A DNA stretch of 45,220 nucleotides, from IMG/VR virus record IMGVR_UViG_3300010354_000006; one strand, 5' to 3'. The notes under the pieces are model-generated. The model saw nothing but the letters and a program-made list of their open reading frames with translations, was not told where the DNA came from and made no database searches. Positions 28,087 through 38,550 of the stretch are shown here, piece after piece; position 1 is the stretch's first letter, and every line of letters begins with the position of its first letter. Made by a program: the position numbers and the translations under genes. The stretch is from a virus.

Positions 28087-29322
28087 TTAGATAGCCACTA
28101 GGTTATTTCTGTAACCTAAAGTCCATGGAGCTTTTACGCATTCTGTAAATGTAGTACCATATTTTTGTTTGATTCCATCACCATCTTCAAATGGAGTACC
28201 AACTTTCTCAAACATTCTCATAACATTGATGATTACGTTATCGTTCATTTGAGGAATGTAAATTACTTCATTGTCTCCAATACCATCAGAAACAAGAGCA
28301 TTTAATTTACAGCCATTAACAAGCATGTGGTAAGCTTGCGATGAACCTAAACCGCCATCAGCGTTTTGTGCGTTTTCTCTTTGGAAACGAACTTGAGATT
28401 GTAAAGCAGATAAGCCATTCTCTGATACATACATATCAATTTCAGTTAGATCCGTTGGTCTAGTAAATACTTTAGGGCCTTGTAATGCTCCACGATCTCT
28501 GAGAGCGATTACGTCAGCTTCTACAGTAGCCTCAGTTAAGCTCGCACTACCACCAGTAACCGTGTATCCACCACCGTTTTCAATGTAGAATTTCACGCCA
28601 CCTGCTTGAGCGCCAGTACCAGAAGTTCTAGTAAAACCATCTGCGGTTAATGGGTTTGAACCCTCTAAGCGAATATCCTTAAGTGCTTTTCTTTCAAGCA
28701 TACGGATTATAGTAGGAAGTAAATTTTCTTCTTGGTTGCTAAAATCCAACTCATTGATACCAGCGTAATTGAATTTACCATTTGCTACTGGACCAGCGAT
28801 TTGAATGTCGTGGAAGAAATTAGAGTAGAAATTGTAATCAGAACCTGCTAATGCTACGTCATTATTTGCCCCGAAACCATCACCAATCTCGCCTGATCTA
28901 TCTGTGAATAGTTGCGTTCCAGAAGCCAAGCTTGTTGGGTCAGAGTAGCCACTTAAAAGCTGAACAGTTAAACTTGTAAATGTTCCATTCACTCCAGTGA
29001 TTAACCACTTTGCACTACCAGATTGATTAACTAATCTTGTTACCCCTGGCTTAATTTCAGTATCAAAAGGGTTAGCTCTTGTCGGTGCGTTTACTGTTAT
29101 AGTTGTAGCACCTGCTGAATAACTACCAGATAAAGTTAATACACCCCTTGAAATTGCTTGTTGAAACCATTGAACTTTAGAACCCATTTTGCTCACAGTT
29201 CTCATGTGTTTCATCAAGAAAGGCGCTCTAACTCCAGAGGTTTTAATGATGTCCGATTGGACATCTTCCATATACGTTCTTGCATCGTTAATTGAAAGAA
29301 CACTATTAATTGGGTTTACCAT
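28087..29322 (-). CDS. Putative major capsid protein (411 aa)
   Basis: Position after scaffold-like gene, size, AAGGAG RBS, followed by terminator; fold not verifiable by eye. Confidence 0.5.
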   Translation of the reverse strand: MVNPINSVLSINDARTYMEDVQSDIIKTSGVRAPFLMKHMRTVSKMGSKVQWFQQAISRGVLTLSGSYSAGATTITVNAPTRANPFDTEIKPGVTRLVNQSGSAKWLITGVNGTFTSLTVQLLSGYSDPTSLASGTQLFTDRSGEIGDGFGANNDVALAGSDYNFYSNFFHDIQIAGPVANGKFNYAGINELDFSNQEENLLPTIIRMLERKALKDIRLEGSNPLTADGFTRTSGTGAQAGGVKFYIENGGGYTVTGGSASLTEATVEADVIALRDRGALQGPKVFTRPTDLTEIDMYVSENGLSALQSQVRFQRENAQNADGGLGSSQAYHMLVNGCKLNALVSDGIGDNEVIYIPQMNDNVIINVMRMFEKVGTPFEDGDGIKQKYGTTFTECVKAPWTLGYRNNLVAI

Positions 29323-29385
29323 TTGTGAAATATCTCCTTAGACTTGCCCCTTTCTTAAGGGGTACATCTAAAGTATATTTCTGTT

Positions 29386-30141
29386 TTATTTATTCAAATT
29401 TAAACCCATCTCTCTAGCTTTAACTGCCATTTGATAAGTTAATTTCCCTTCTTGTCTTGCCCTTGCATATTCTTTTTGAAAATTTATTCTTTCTGTTGCG
29501 TTAAGGCTTGAAGGTTTAACTGCCGTACCGATTGCTCCAGCTTTGGTTTCCTGTGGAGTACCGCCTTTCTCAAATTTCTTAAATACAGATACAAACTTTT
29601 TAGCGTGCCATTTCGTTATGCGTTTTATGTCTTCTGGCGTTAAGATTTTACCTGCTGCTTCTGCTTGTATTCGAGTTTTTATAATTGCAAGCTCTAAAGA
29701 TTCTTGCGCAGAATTAACTAAAAAATCTTTGTTTGGGTTATCCTCTCCGCAAACTTTGTTAATGGAAACATCTACTCCGTCTAAATAAGAATCAATCACT
29801 GCCGCACAAGCATTATAATTTGCTTCTAGCATTTTTTCTTGTTTAGCCATTTGATCTCTTTGATCTAAAAGTTTCTGCATTTCCGCTAAAGTCGCTGCTT
29901 TTTCTGCGGGTTTCTCTTCCTCTTGTTGTGCAGGTTTTTGTTTTTCTGCTTTTAATGCTTCTATTTCTGCGTATAAATCCTTTACTACATTTGGCAATAC
30001 ATTGTCTTCTTGCTTTGTTTCTGGCTCATCTTCTGTTAGCCAGCTTTCAATTCCTTGAGGTTCTTCTGTTGCGGTTTCTTCTGTTGTTGCCTCTGTTCCG
30101 TCAAGGATTTGGTCTTCTGTTACATTTAATTCATCAGTCAT
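29386..30141 (-). CDS. Putative scaffolding protein (251 aa)
   Basis: Acidic N-terminus, coiled-coil, between portal and capsid candidates. Confidence 0.45.
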   Translation of the reverse strand: MTDELNVTEDQILDGTEATTEETATEEPQGIESWLTEDEPETKQEDNVLPNVVKDLYAEIEALKAEKQKPAQQEEEKPAEKAATLAEMQKLLDQRDQMAKQEKMLEANYNACAAVIDSYLDGVDVSINKVCGEDNPNKDFLVNSAQESLELAIIKTRIQAEAAGKILTPEDIKRITKWHAKKFVSVFKKFEKGGTPQETKAGAIGTAVKPSSLNATERINFQKEYARARQEGKLTYQMAVKAREMGLNLNK

Positions 30142-30157
30142 CTTGTCTTACTCCTAT

Positions 30158-30409
30158 CTACTCTTCTTTTGAATTTGTCAATCTATAAACTATTTTTGAC
30201 ACTTTCCCTATCCCGTAAGCTTCTTTTGCCGCCTCTTCGATTGTCAGGTTTAACACTTTAGGCGTAATTGTTGCTTGAGAATCAATATAATCTAAAATAA
30301 ACTGCCATTCACTTGGGTATGTTGTTTTAACTTTTTCGATGGCTCTGTCTAATGAAGCATCAAATTGATTGCTTCCACTTTTAATAAACTTTTGTACTTT
30401 ACCTTGCAT
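30158..30409 (-). CDS. Hypothetical protein (83 aa)
   Basis: ORF track. Confidence 0.4.
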   Translation of the reverse strand: MQGKVQKFIKSGSNQFDASLDRAIEKVKTTYPSEWQFILDYIDSQATITPKVLNLTIEEAAKEAYGIGKVSKIVYRLTNSKEE

Positions 30410-30412
30410 AAC

Positions 30413-32683
30413 TTATCTAAACTTTGGTGGTTGCGCTCCAGGATTTTGAGCATATTTTAATTGCAATTCTTGCTCAAATTCTGCCTGCTGCTGCCTAGCC
30501 GCTTCATCTCTTCTTTTCTCTGCTTCGTCTTTTTTAAGTTTATTTAATGGAATTGATAGAGTTCTAGCAAAATATTCTACCACTGAACTCATATCATACT
30601 CTGCTAATACCTCTGGTGCTGCCTGTAAGAAACCAACAAATTCTTTTAAATTTTGCCTTGCATATTCCTTACTTAAAGTTGTTTTTGAGCCAGTAATTTG
30701 AACATCTGATTCTTTAATTGGGTAAACTAACAAATCGTAATATAAACCTAATGATGGCTCTGGGATTTCTTGAACATTTCTATTAATTTCTTTTTGCTTG
30801 CGTTCAATTTCTTTTTGTTTTAATTTAACATCATTTAAGGCTTGGTCTCGTTGAGCCTTTTCGTTTTGCTCATGCTGCATTTTAAGCTGTTCAATCTCTG
30901 CTGCATTTGGAGTTTGCTCTAAAGTTTCAGGGTTTATCGTAACGTCTGGTGGTACAAAATCTTTAGGTGGAGAAGCTGCAAATTGTTGAAGCTGCTCAAT
31001 CTCTCCGAATAAGCCTTCTATTGTATCTATAATTTCAGAGTTTTTATCAAGTTCGTTTTGATTCTCTTCATAAAACTGCTCATACATTTCTTCTATGCCT
31101 GAATAGTTTAATAAACGCTCAAATAAAGGATTTTCAAGCAATATCGCTTCACGCATTGCAGGATCTTCGATCTCTTCTATTTGTTGTCTTAAAAATTGTT
31201 GAGTTAAAATAATTCGGTTACTAACAGAAGGTTGTAAAACTTCTTCGTCAAATTGGTTAGAAGCATCAACTATATTTAATTGCCCGCTTGATACGACTTC
31301 TTTAATCTCGCTTGCAGAAGTCCGAGAAGAAGTAACCCCCGACATTTGAGCTTTACTTAAGCCTGAACTTTGCTCAACAATATTAGTTACTACCTGCGTT
31401 AAAGCACCATATTGAGAAACCACTTGGTTATATTCAGGTGGAACTAAAGCCTTAACATCAAAGCCTTCATACATTGCCCCTGGCTCAAATGCTGGGATTT
31501 CAGTCCTGTTCTCATAATCATAATCTTGATTGCGAAGGAGATTTAATGGTGGATCGCATAACAAACCAACAACCCTAGAAGTTCCCGAAATTAATTGATT
31601 TAATAATAATTGATGAGACAAGAAAGGTCTAATAAAGCCTTGATGATAAAACACTCCAGGTAAAGTTGTTCCTGCTGCTGCTAAACATATCCCGTGGTCG
31701 TGTGGGCTTACATCTTGATACGCTGCTAAAATAACTAAATTATCTTTAAAGCCAAAAGCTTCTAGGTCTGTTCCCTCTACTGTTTCTGGTGCTTGTATTG
31801 CAGTAACATAAACACCTTTAGCAGTAATTGGGTTTTTGCGATCTTGCCTATCTTCTAAATAAACACTTGGTAAAAATATGTCATAGCAGCGAACTTGTCC
31901 ATAAGGTGCTTGAGTTGCTACATCAGTTAAACGATTAGTTGAGCCAATAAATTCATTATCGCCTAAATCATTGTAGTTTAACACGGGCTTAATTGCTTCT
32001 ATTAATTCAGGGTTTAAATCTTCCCTATTTAATAAATCGCTGTAATTAATATCGTATTCAAGAATTAAATTCGACTCTCTCCAATTATCCGTCATTGGAT
32101 AAATGCTAAATCTTCCGATACCTGGAGTTTTTATATTAACAATATTCTCTGAGGGGTCGTAATAATGAACAATGCCAGTATTGCCATAGGCTACTAGCTC
32201 GGCTATTGCTGCTGAATATTTCTTTTTAAAATTAAATCTTTGATTTTCAGTTTTAATAATATTTATCCAAGCTTGATTAACTTCGGGTAAAAACTTTTTT
32301 AATCCCATCTTGTAAAATTGAGAGCTAAAATTTCTGTTAATATCTACATAATCTCCGCTTGTTGGGAAGCACGCATTTTTAATATTGTTTACCCAAGTCC
32401 TATAAATGCGATAAAGGATAGGGTCTTTTAATGTTGAAAATTCATCAATATCTTCTTCTTCAACAACACGTTCAATTAAATTATCATTGTTAAGTCTTTG
32501 ATAAATTACGCTATTACGATCAGATAAATCAACATCTTCATCTTGCAAGATAACCTTATCTATAATTTCTCTTGCATTGTAAAAATCGTTATTGTTTTTT
32601 ACTGAATTAATTAGGGTATTAATATGACTAGAGAAGGCTTCTAGTTGGCTATCGGGTATTTCGTTTATATCAAGCTTATTCAC
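30413..32683 (-). CDS. Putative portal protein (756 aa) with charged coiled-coil C-terminal extension
   Basis: Size and position between terminase and scaffold/capsid. Confidence 0.45.
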   Translation of the reverse strand: MNKLDINEIPDSQLEAFSSHINTLINSVKNNNDFYNAREIIDKVILQDEDVDLSDRNSVIYQRLNNDNLIERVVEEEDIDEFSTLKDPILYRIYRTWVNNIKNACFPTSGDYVDINRNFSSQFYKMGLKKFLPEVNQAWINIIKTENQRFNFKKKYSAAIAELVAYGNTGIVHYYDPSENIVNIKTPGIGRFSIYPMTDNWRESNLILEYDINYSDLLNREDLNPELIEAIKPVLNYNDLGDNEFIGSTNRLTDVATQAPYGQVRCYDIFLPSVYLEDRQDRKNPITAKGVYVTAIQAPETVEGTDLEAFGFKDNLVILAAYQDVSPHDHGICLAAAGTTLPGVFYHQGFIRPFLSHQLLLNQLISGTSRVVGLLCDPPLNLLRNQDYDYENRTEIPAFEPGAMYEGFDVKALVPPEYNQVVSQYGALTQVVTNIVEQSSGLSKAQMSGVTSSRTSASEIKEVVSSGQLNIVDASNQFDEEVLQPSVSNRIILTQQFLRQQIEEIEDPAMREAILLENPLFERLLNYSGIEEMYEQFYEENQNELDKNSEIIDTIEGLFGEIEQLQQFAASPPKDFVPPDVTINPETLEQTPNAAEIEQLKMQHEQNEKAQRDQALNDVKLKQKEIERKQKEINRNVQEIPEPSLGLYYDLLVYPIKESDVQITGSKTTLSKEYARQNLKEFVGFLQAAPEVLAEYDMSSVVEYFARTLSIPLNKLKKDEAEKRRDEAARQQQAEFEQELQLKYAQNPGAQPPKFR

Positions 32684-33108
32684 ACTTTCTGATTAGCTGC
32701 CATAATTACATTAATATTAGTAAAATGCGTTGCTGTTCCTGCTACTACATATTTTACACGAATAAATTTATTCAGGTTGTTATCCTTTGAATTTAATTTT
32801 TGTTGAAGCGTTGCATCTGGGGAACTTGTCCCTGCTACTACTTGAGTGAATGCTGTTACTACGCTGTTCGCTGGAGTTGTTAATGATACAGTTCTAACTC
32901 TTTCTGCATTAGCTGGATCACCATTTGCATCTATAGTGTCAAATTCTTCTATAGATATATCTAAGGTGCTAACTGTGCCAGTTGTTGATGGCATTAAAAG
33001 AAAAAACGAAATATCTCGCAGGTCTCTTGTTGAGAACCCACGAGAATAAAACGTCCCTGTCGTACTAGGGCTTACGCCATTTAATAGAGCAGTAGTTATA
33101 TCAGCCAT
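32680..33108 (-). CDS. Hypothetical virion protein (142 aa), Thr/Ser/Ala-rich
   Basis: ORF track. Confidence 0.4.
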   Translation of the reverse strand: MADITTALLNGVSPSTTGTFYSRGFSTRDLRDISFFLLMPSTTGTVSTLDISIEEFDTIDANGDPANAERVRTVSLTTPANSVVTAFTQVVAGTSSPDATLQQKLNSKDNNLNKFIRVKYVVAGTATHFTNINVIMAANQKV

Positions 33109-33110
33109 TT

Positions 33111-33710
33111 TTAGTTAGTTGCAGCAGTTGAAGTATCTAGTGCAGATACAACATAATCAACGTGAAGTACAAAAGCACCAGCCGTGAAAGCACCAGATGC
33201 TATTGTCGCGATAAAGTTTCTGTTTGTTGCTGCTTTTGTTACAAACGAAGCTGGAGTTTGTGGAGCAATTACTGCTACATAGCCAGTTGCGTTTAGTGCT
33301 GGAGCAGAAGTCGCTACGACTGCTGTTCTTAGTGCTGTTGCTGCATCAGTTAAACCGATTGCGAATGTTGAAGTTGTTATTGGTAAAAATGCAGTTGTTA
33401 CTTCGACCCAAGCATTAGTGATAACTGCGTTTGCTGGTAGTACGCCGCCTCTAAGTTGAATAGTACCAATAGCTCCGCCATCCGTAGCAAAATTATAGTG
33501 TATTGCTAAACTTTGCTTTAATGTTGCAGTTACACCATTGTAAGATGTAATCGGAGTACCATTTGCAGCGTTAGCACCAACTGCTACGATGTCCGTTCTA
33601 CCTGATGTGATTGGAGCAATAGTATCTTTTGTATCGACTCCAGTAACATCAACTAAATCTGTTGCGTTTGATGCTCTAACGCCAACAATGTTTAAATTTG
33701 TCCTTGCCAT
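33111..33710 (-). CDS. Hypothetical virion protein (199 aa), Ala/Thr-rich
   Basis: ORF track; AAGGAG RBS. Confidence 0.4.
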   Translation of the reverse strand: MARTNLNIVGVRASNATDLVDVTGVDTKDTIAPITSGRTDIVAVGANAANGTPITSYNGVTATLKQSLAIHYNFATDGGAIGTIQLRGGVLPANAVITNAWVEVTTAFLPITTSTFAIGLTDAATALRTAVVATSAPALNATGYVAVIAPQTPASFVTKAATNRNFIATIASGAFTAGAFVLHVDYVVSALDTSTAATN

Positions 33711-33759
33711 GTTTAAAAATCTCCTTAAGGGTAAGTTACACTTTAAGTATATTACTATT

Positions 33760-35349
33760 TTAATAATGCAAAAATTTGCGTTTAGGCTTTGAACTTCGAG
33801 TAATAGTATTATTTTTTAACAAAGGAAATACATTGATAAAAGCATATCCGAGAGCATCCATTAAGTGTTCATAAAACCCATCTTTCTTTGGCTCTTCTTT
33901 AATATGATAAGCCCCCTCTTTTGGCATATCATAAACCCAGCCTGTTTCAAAAGTTTCAACGAATAACCCGTTTCGCTCATCTCCATTTTTAGAAATAAAC
34001 ATTCCCCCCGCAGGATTAACGATGACTCCCATAGCATCACCAATTCTACGAGACATTTTATTTCGTATTGCTATAGCTCTATCTGATGGAGCAGATTTTA
34101 TCCCATGAACTTTACGTTTAAAAAACTTTTCTAATATCTTAAATGCAGGCGGTGCAGTACCTTGACTGTTAGCTGATTTTCCTGCTGGGTCTGCATGTAA
34201 AATATATTCGGCATTGGGGAAATGTTTAGCAATATATTCAGCAATTAAAGCCATGAAATTTTCTAACTCCATATCTTCTGCTAAAATCCCATCATGCAAA
34301 ATGCAGCGATTTAAAGAATCCTTCTGCAAAAATACAACTGCTGGATAATGTGAACCAAAGTCAATTCCGATATGTAAAGGTAAATCTTCATCAAATGGAC
34401 AATCTTTATACGGCTCGCAATGAATTTCTCTAGAAAATTCGGGGATTACAGGTTTGCCAACTGGAACGGTAAACTTAAGTTCGTATTCTTGATCCCAAGT
34501 ATATGTATCTACTCCTGATGCTCCAGGAATTGGCTCACCGTTAGGATAAGCTCCATATCGTTCAGCGTGATACCATTCATCGCTACGTTTAAACGGATTA
34601 GCGGTATAATGAAGCTGTAATACAGTTTGGTTATATTCATTGCGATATTTAGCTAAACCAGTCATTAACTTTTCAATTTGTGAATTTTTAGCAATTTTAG
34701 TTACCAACTCTTGGAATTTAGTACCAAAACGTGGAGTTGATACTAAAGCTGCTCTTCCTCCCCCCTCTAAAGCAGGCTTTAAAGCCTTTAAGTTTTGATC
34801 TACGTTTTGTTGAAAAGCTAACTCATCATAAAAAGCATTAGTAATTGTTAGACCTCTGCATTTATCTGAACCTGATGGCAATGCTGTAATTGTTGAACCG
34901 ATTACAGGATTTCGCATTTCGGAGACTCTAATCTCTTTCCCTTCGGTTAATTTAGGATAAGGGAAGCGAAAATCTAACTTATCATATACCGCTTTACATC
35001 TTGTAGCGATAACCTTTTTAGCTCGATCTTCATTTATTGAAACAATGACATTTTCAGAATAAGGAACAAATAAAAGCTGATGTACCATTAATGTACTAAA
35101 AATATGCGTTGCCATCATACGCCTTGTTTTATTAACAACAATAACTTTATTTTTAAAATATTCATCAATTAAATGCTTAATATAAGCATAAGGCGGAAAG
35201 CGTTTTAATGGACTGCCTCTATCCGATTCATCAATCGTAAAGACCTGTTCGACCATCCAAAGAAAAGGGTCATTTGCCCATTGAGTCATTTTTAAAGTAA
35301 TAAACTCTGGGGTAAAATCTTCATTAGTGTATAGTCTATCTAAAATCAT
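33760..35349 (-). CDS. terL: Terminase large subunit
   Basis: Deviant Walker A-like VVNKTRRMMAT, Walker B-like NAFYDELAF, nuclease-domain-like HIGIDFG / ILHADPAG; size 529 aa. Confidence 0.7.
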   Translation of the reverse strand: MILDRLYTNEDFTPEFITLKMTQWANDPFLWMVEQVFTIDESDRGSPLKRFPPYAYIKHLIDEYFKNKVIVVNKTRRMMATHIFSTLMVHQLLFVPYSENVIVSINEDRAKKVIATRCKAVYDKLDFRFPYPKLTEGKEIRVSEMRNPVIGSTITALPSGSDKCRGLTITNAFYDELAFQQNVDQNLKALKPALEGGGRAALVSTPRFGTKFQELVTKIAKNSQIEKLMTGLAKYRNEYNQTVLQLHYTANPFKRSDEWYHAERYGAYPNGEPIPGASGVDTYTWDQEYELKFTVPVGKPVIPEFSREIHCEPYKDCPFDEDLPLHIGIDFGSHYPAVVFLQKDSLNRCILHDGILAEDMELENFMALIAEYIAKHFPNAEYILHADPAGKSANSQGTAPPAFKILEKFFKRKVHGIKSAPSDRAIAIRNKMSRRIGDAMGVIVNPAGGMFISKNGDERNGLFVETFETGWVYDMPKEGAYHIKEEPKKDGFYEHLMDALGYAFINVFPLLKNNTITRSSKPKRKFLHY

Positions 35350-36233
35350 TCCAGTAATTTTGGCGGTTGATATTTCGCCTCAAGCAATTTTTCTGCTTCT
35401 GCACTTGGTAATTGGTTTTTTTGAGACATTTCTATAATAATTTTATATGCTTCGTCTTGCCCACCCTTAATTTCTTTTTTAGGGGTTAATTGCTCTGTTG
35501 CCTCCCCATACATCTTCATTATTTTTAAACTTTCTTTAAAAACAGTCTCGTGTGAAATCCCGTAAGCTTCTGGGTCATCAATATATTTGCTTATTTTATC
35601 TTGCAACTCTTCTACTGTTTGGGCAAGCTTGGGTATTAATTGCGTATACTTTTCTTTAACTTCTTTATTTTCTGCCATAAGTTCCTCGAATATTTCAGAT
35701 TCAGTTTTGCGTAAAGATTTATCCCTTAAATCCTTAATTAATTCTTGTACTGGTTTAGAACAAGAAATACTTTTTACAGTGCTTTCAGGAATGTTTAATC
35801 TTGTAGCTACCGTCTTATACCCATAACCTTGAGCTAATGCCTTAACTGCTTTTTCGTAAACTTCCTTCCCTAATTCATCGTGCATTTGGGCTTCGGTTTT
35901 TAAAGATTCTTCTTTCTGCTTATTTGCTTCCCTAAACTTACGGAGATAGGCTTTTTCTCCAATCTTAAAACGCTCAGAAAACCCATAGCGGTGCATTATG
36001 TTTAATAAAACAGCTCTAGTTTTTAGTCGATGCCCTTTCTCTCCTAACTTTTCCCCGTAAACTCGCATCGCAATATCCCCAGTTGGTCTAATCTTAGGGC
36101 TTCGGTTTGGGTCTTGGCGGAAAGCAATAAATATTTGCCAAAAATCCTGAATTAATTGATGGTTTAAATGCTCCGTATCAAATATTGGTAATGTTTCGGG
36201 TAATGGCTCAATTCGTTTTACCATGTGTGCCAC
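35346..36233 (-). CDS. Putative terminase small subunit / DNA-binding protein (295 aa)
   Basis: Directly upstream of and overlapping the large terminase gene; helix-turn-helix-like GYKTVATRLNIPESTVKSI. Confidence 0.35.
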   Translation of the reverse strand: MAHMVKRIEPLPETLPIFDTEHLNHQLIQDFWQIFIAFRQDPNRSPKIRPTGDIAMRVYGEKLGEKGHRLKTRAVLLNIMHRYGFSERFKIGEKAYLRKFREANKQKEESLKTEAQMHDELGKEVYEKAVKALAQGYGYKTVATRLNIPESTVKSISCSKPVQELIKDLRDKSLRKTESEIFEELMAENKEVKEKYTQLIPKLAQTVEELQDKISKYIDDPEAYGISHETVFKESLKIMKMYGEATEQLTPKKEIKGGQDEAYKIIIEMSQKNQLPSAEAEKLLEAKYQPPKLLE

Positions 36234-36586
36234 TCCGTTGGGGTTGCAATTAAGTTAATAGTCGCATGACTTCCACTAAGAACATAAGTCGCAGAACCAT
36301 TTACCGTTTGAGAGCTAAAAGGGTCTAAAGTAATACTATGCCCTGAACCATCTTTCATAATAATATAAGTTTGTCCTACTGGAACTGTCGCAAGATCAGG
36401 CAAATTTAAAGTCCTATTTCCCGTAAGATTGTGAAATTCAATAAAATGATCTTGGTTTACTACTATAGTGTAATTAGTATTATCAATTCTACGGTAAATA
36501 TAACGCCCAAGCCTGTGTTCCGTGTTCTTTTCAGAAGCTTTATTAAGATCACCTTTATCTAAATCGTAAAAATTATTAAAAGACAC
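36218..36586 (-). CDS. Hypothetical protein (122 aa)
   Basis: ORF track. Confidence 0.4.
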   Translation of the reverse strand: MSFNNFYDLDKGDLNKASEKNTEHRLGRYIYRRIDNTNYTIVVNQDHFIEFHNLTGNRTLNLPDLATVPVGQTYIIMKDGSGHSITLDPFSSQTVNGSATYVLSGSHATINLIATPTEWHTW

Positions 36587-36598
36587 TGTATCTCCATC

Positions 36599-36817
36599 TT
36601 ACTTTGTTTTATCTTTTTCGTGCAAATGCCTAAGTGCTGTCATTAAAACATAATTTTGCATTTGCATTTCTATTGAAAGTTTATAAACAACTTCTTGTAT
36701 TGTTAATTCTGCTAGATTCGGATTAAATGGAGTATACTCTTCTAACTTCTTGTTTAATTTCTGCAATTCATTAATACAAAAAGGGATTACCCAAGCTTCT
36801 TCATCTTCTTTTCTCAT
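36599..36817 (-). CDS. Hypothetical protein (72 aa)
   Basis: ORF track. Confidence 0.35.
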   Translation of the reverse strand: MRKEDEEAWVIPFCINELQKLNKKLEEYTPFNPNLAELTIQEVVYKLSIEMQMQNYVLMTALRHLHEKDKTK

Positions 36818-37020
36818 TCTTTCTCCTCCAATTCCTCTACCTTCTCCAATAACCTCTTAAGCAAATACTCCCAAGTAACACCCTTAGTCTTGCCAAGCTT
36901 CGTTATCAGCTCTTCTGAAAATTCCCTGCTTATAGAAATTAAATACTTTTCTTGCTTAGGTTTCACTTTTAATCCCCTCTTGTTCATAAATACTAAAAGA
37001 GTAAGACTCACCAGACTCAA
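36814..37020 (-). CDS. Small hypothetical protein; likely start at internal Met (MNKRGLKV...)
   Basis: ORF track; overlaps next ORF. Confidence 0.3.
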   Translation of the reverse strand: MSLVSLTLLVFMNKRGLKVKPKQEKYLISISREFSEELITKLGKTKGVTWEYLLKRLLEKVEELEEKE

Positions 37021-37291
37021 AGCTAGAAGCTTTTAAAAACATTGGCTCATTGTAATACGGTGAACTAGGACGGATACGCTGGTCTATAAAAGTGGGGTTG
37101 CCGTCTTCTACACCAATAAACTTTAAATCCTCATACTCCATATACAACCCTTTACTAATAGGGTTATCAATTCGCACTATATACAATGCACCAATTTTAA
37201 GGTCATCTAGCTTCTTGATTCTTGCTAGATCAAATTCATTCACCATCTTCCACTGCCTTTTTGAAATTACGACCAAATACTCTGGCAACAT
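36956..37291 (-). CDS. Hypothetical protein (111 aa or shorter)
   Basis: ORF track; region has several overlapping frames. Confidence 0.3.
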   Translation of the reverse strand: MLPEYLVVISKRQWKMVNEFDLARIKKLDDLKIGALYIVRIDNPISKGLYMEYEDLKFIGVEDGNPTFIDQRIRPSSPYYNEPMFLKASSFESGESYSFSIYEQEGIKSET

Positions 37292-37466
37292 TATTTAAAT
37301 TGATTAATTCCTCAAATGCCCCAAGGTCTTCTCTAACTACAACCCAAGAAGGTGGGATTATGCCTACTACTTCCGTCCAATCAGTAGCGAAACTGGAATC
37401 AAACTGAAACCTATAACTACTACCAACAGTAAAAGTATCTGTTAAATTTCTTTCCATAATCAACAA
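37236..37466 (-). CDS. Hypothetical protein; track start is TTG, likelier ATG at 37455-37457
   Basis: ORF track; first gene of minus-strand block. Confidence 0.3.
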   Translation of the reverse strand: MLIMERNLTDTFTVGSSYRFQFDSSFATDWTEVVGIIPPSWVVVREDLGAFEELINLNNVARVFGRNFKKAVEDGE

Positions 37467-38195
37467 TATACCACGATATATAAAAATATACCACTGTTAA
37501 TTTAAATATATCTCAGCGGGACTTTATCCTTCTAGCTCTCACTAGCCTGCATTGAAAACTCTAGTCTTTCGGTTTAATCACATAGATTTTTATGTGGTTA
37601 GTTATTGCTTGTTTAAATCGGTTTAAATCAATTTCTTTTTATTCTTGGGATGATTATGGCTTTAATAAGGTTTTCTTTTAACCTGTGGCAGAATAAAGGG
37701 GTTTTGTGAAGTTTTCTAGTTGGTTGTTAGGTTGGTTTATTACATTGCTGAAATTTGAAATTTTTTATGTGTAGCGAGAGGGGATGCAGTGATAATTTAA
37801 AGGGGTGGCATGGGGTAAAGGATGTTACCCGTAAATACTTTTCTGCTTTTATTACTCTAGAATTACCCTTATACAGTGCCATATTCAAGATAACATTATA
37901 TTATCTTAAGTAAGAACGTGATTGTAGAGCCATTTCAGTATGTTGTTAAAGATAATATACAGAAATTAAGGGGTAGCTACCGAGTATTGGGGGGTATCTT
38001 ATAGTGATTAATGATTGATGACTGATGATCTCTCTCTTATATATTCTTTATCGCTTGCATGTGTTACCCTGCTCGACACATTAACATCATTTCTCATTCT
38101 AAACAAAAACGAGAAACGAATAAAACTCATTCTCAGAAAGCAACTATTCAATTTTACCTACCTACTAGTAGGTAAAAGTTATACCTAACAATTAA

Positions 38196-38288
38196 GCCTA
38201 AAGTGGACTATAGGGTTTAATTAATATAAAGTCTAAAGTGGACTATAGGGTTACAGTAGTAATAAAGCCTATAGTGGACTATAGGGTT
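38196..38288. repeat. Three direct copies of a 22-bp motif GYCTAWAGTGGACTATAGGGTT (38196-38217, 38231-38252, 38267-38288)
   Basis: Read directly; 35-36 bp periodicity; adjacent 12-bp palindrome CCTACTAGTAGG at 38161-38172. Confidence 0.85.
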
Positions 38289-38516
38289 ATAAAGGCTTTC
38301 TAATCAACATTCCTTACTTATCGGCGTAACGATTAAAAACAAGCGAGGCTAGTATTAGTATCTTTTTGTTGTTTTACTTATGACATAAGACAATAGAACA
38401 TTAAATATATTTAATATATCACACCATAACTATATAATCCCTTGAAACCTAGTCCAGTAGTGCATTTCAAGGATTTATAAGTTATTTGATTGATAAAAAA
38501 ATATTTAATAAAAGTG

Positions 38517-38544
38517 TTGCTTTCTTATGACATTATGGTATAAT
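38517..38544 (+). promoter_or_regulatory. Sigma70-like early promoter: -35 TTGCTT (38517-38522), 16-bp spacer, extended -10 TGGTATAAT (38536-38544)
   Basis: Hexamers read directly; ATG at 38551 is 6 nt after -10, implying a leaderless transcript. Confidence 0.5.
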
Positions 38545-38550
38545 AGAAGT

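Noticed and set aside
29323-29385. Hairpin CCCCTT/AAGGGG between scaffold and capsid genes as a terminator
   Set aside because: No U-tract follows on the transcribed strand; more likely a minor structural feature or processing site, not reported as a feature
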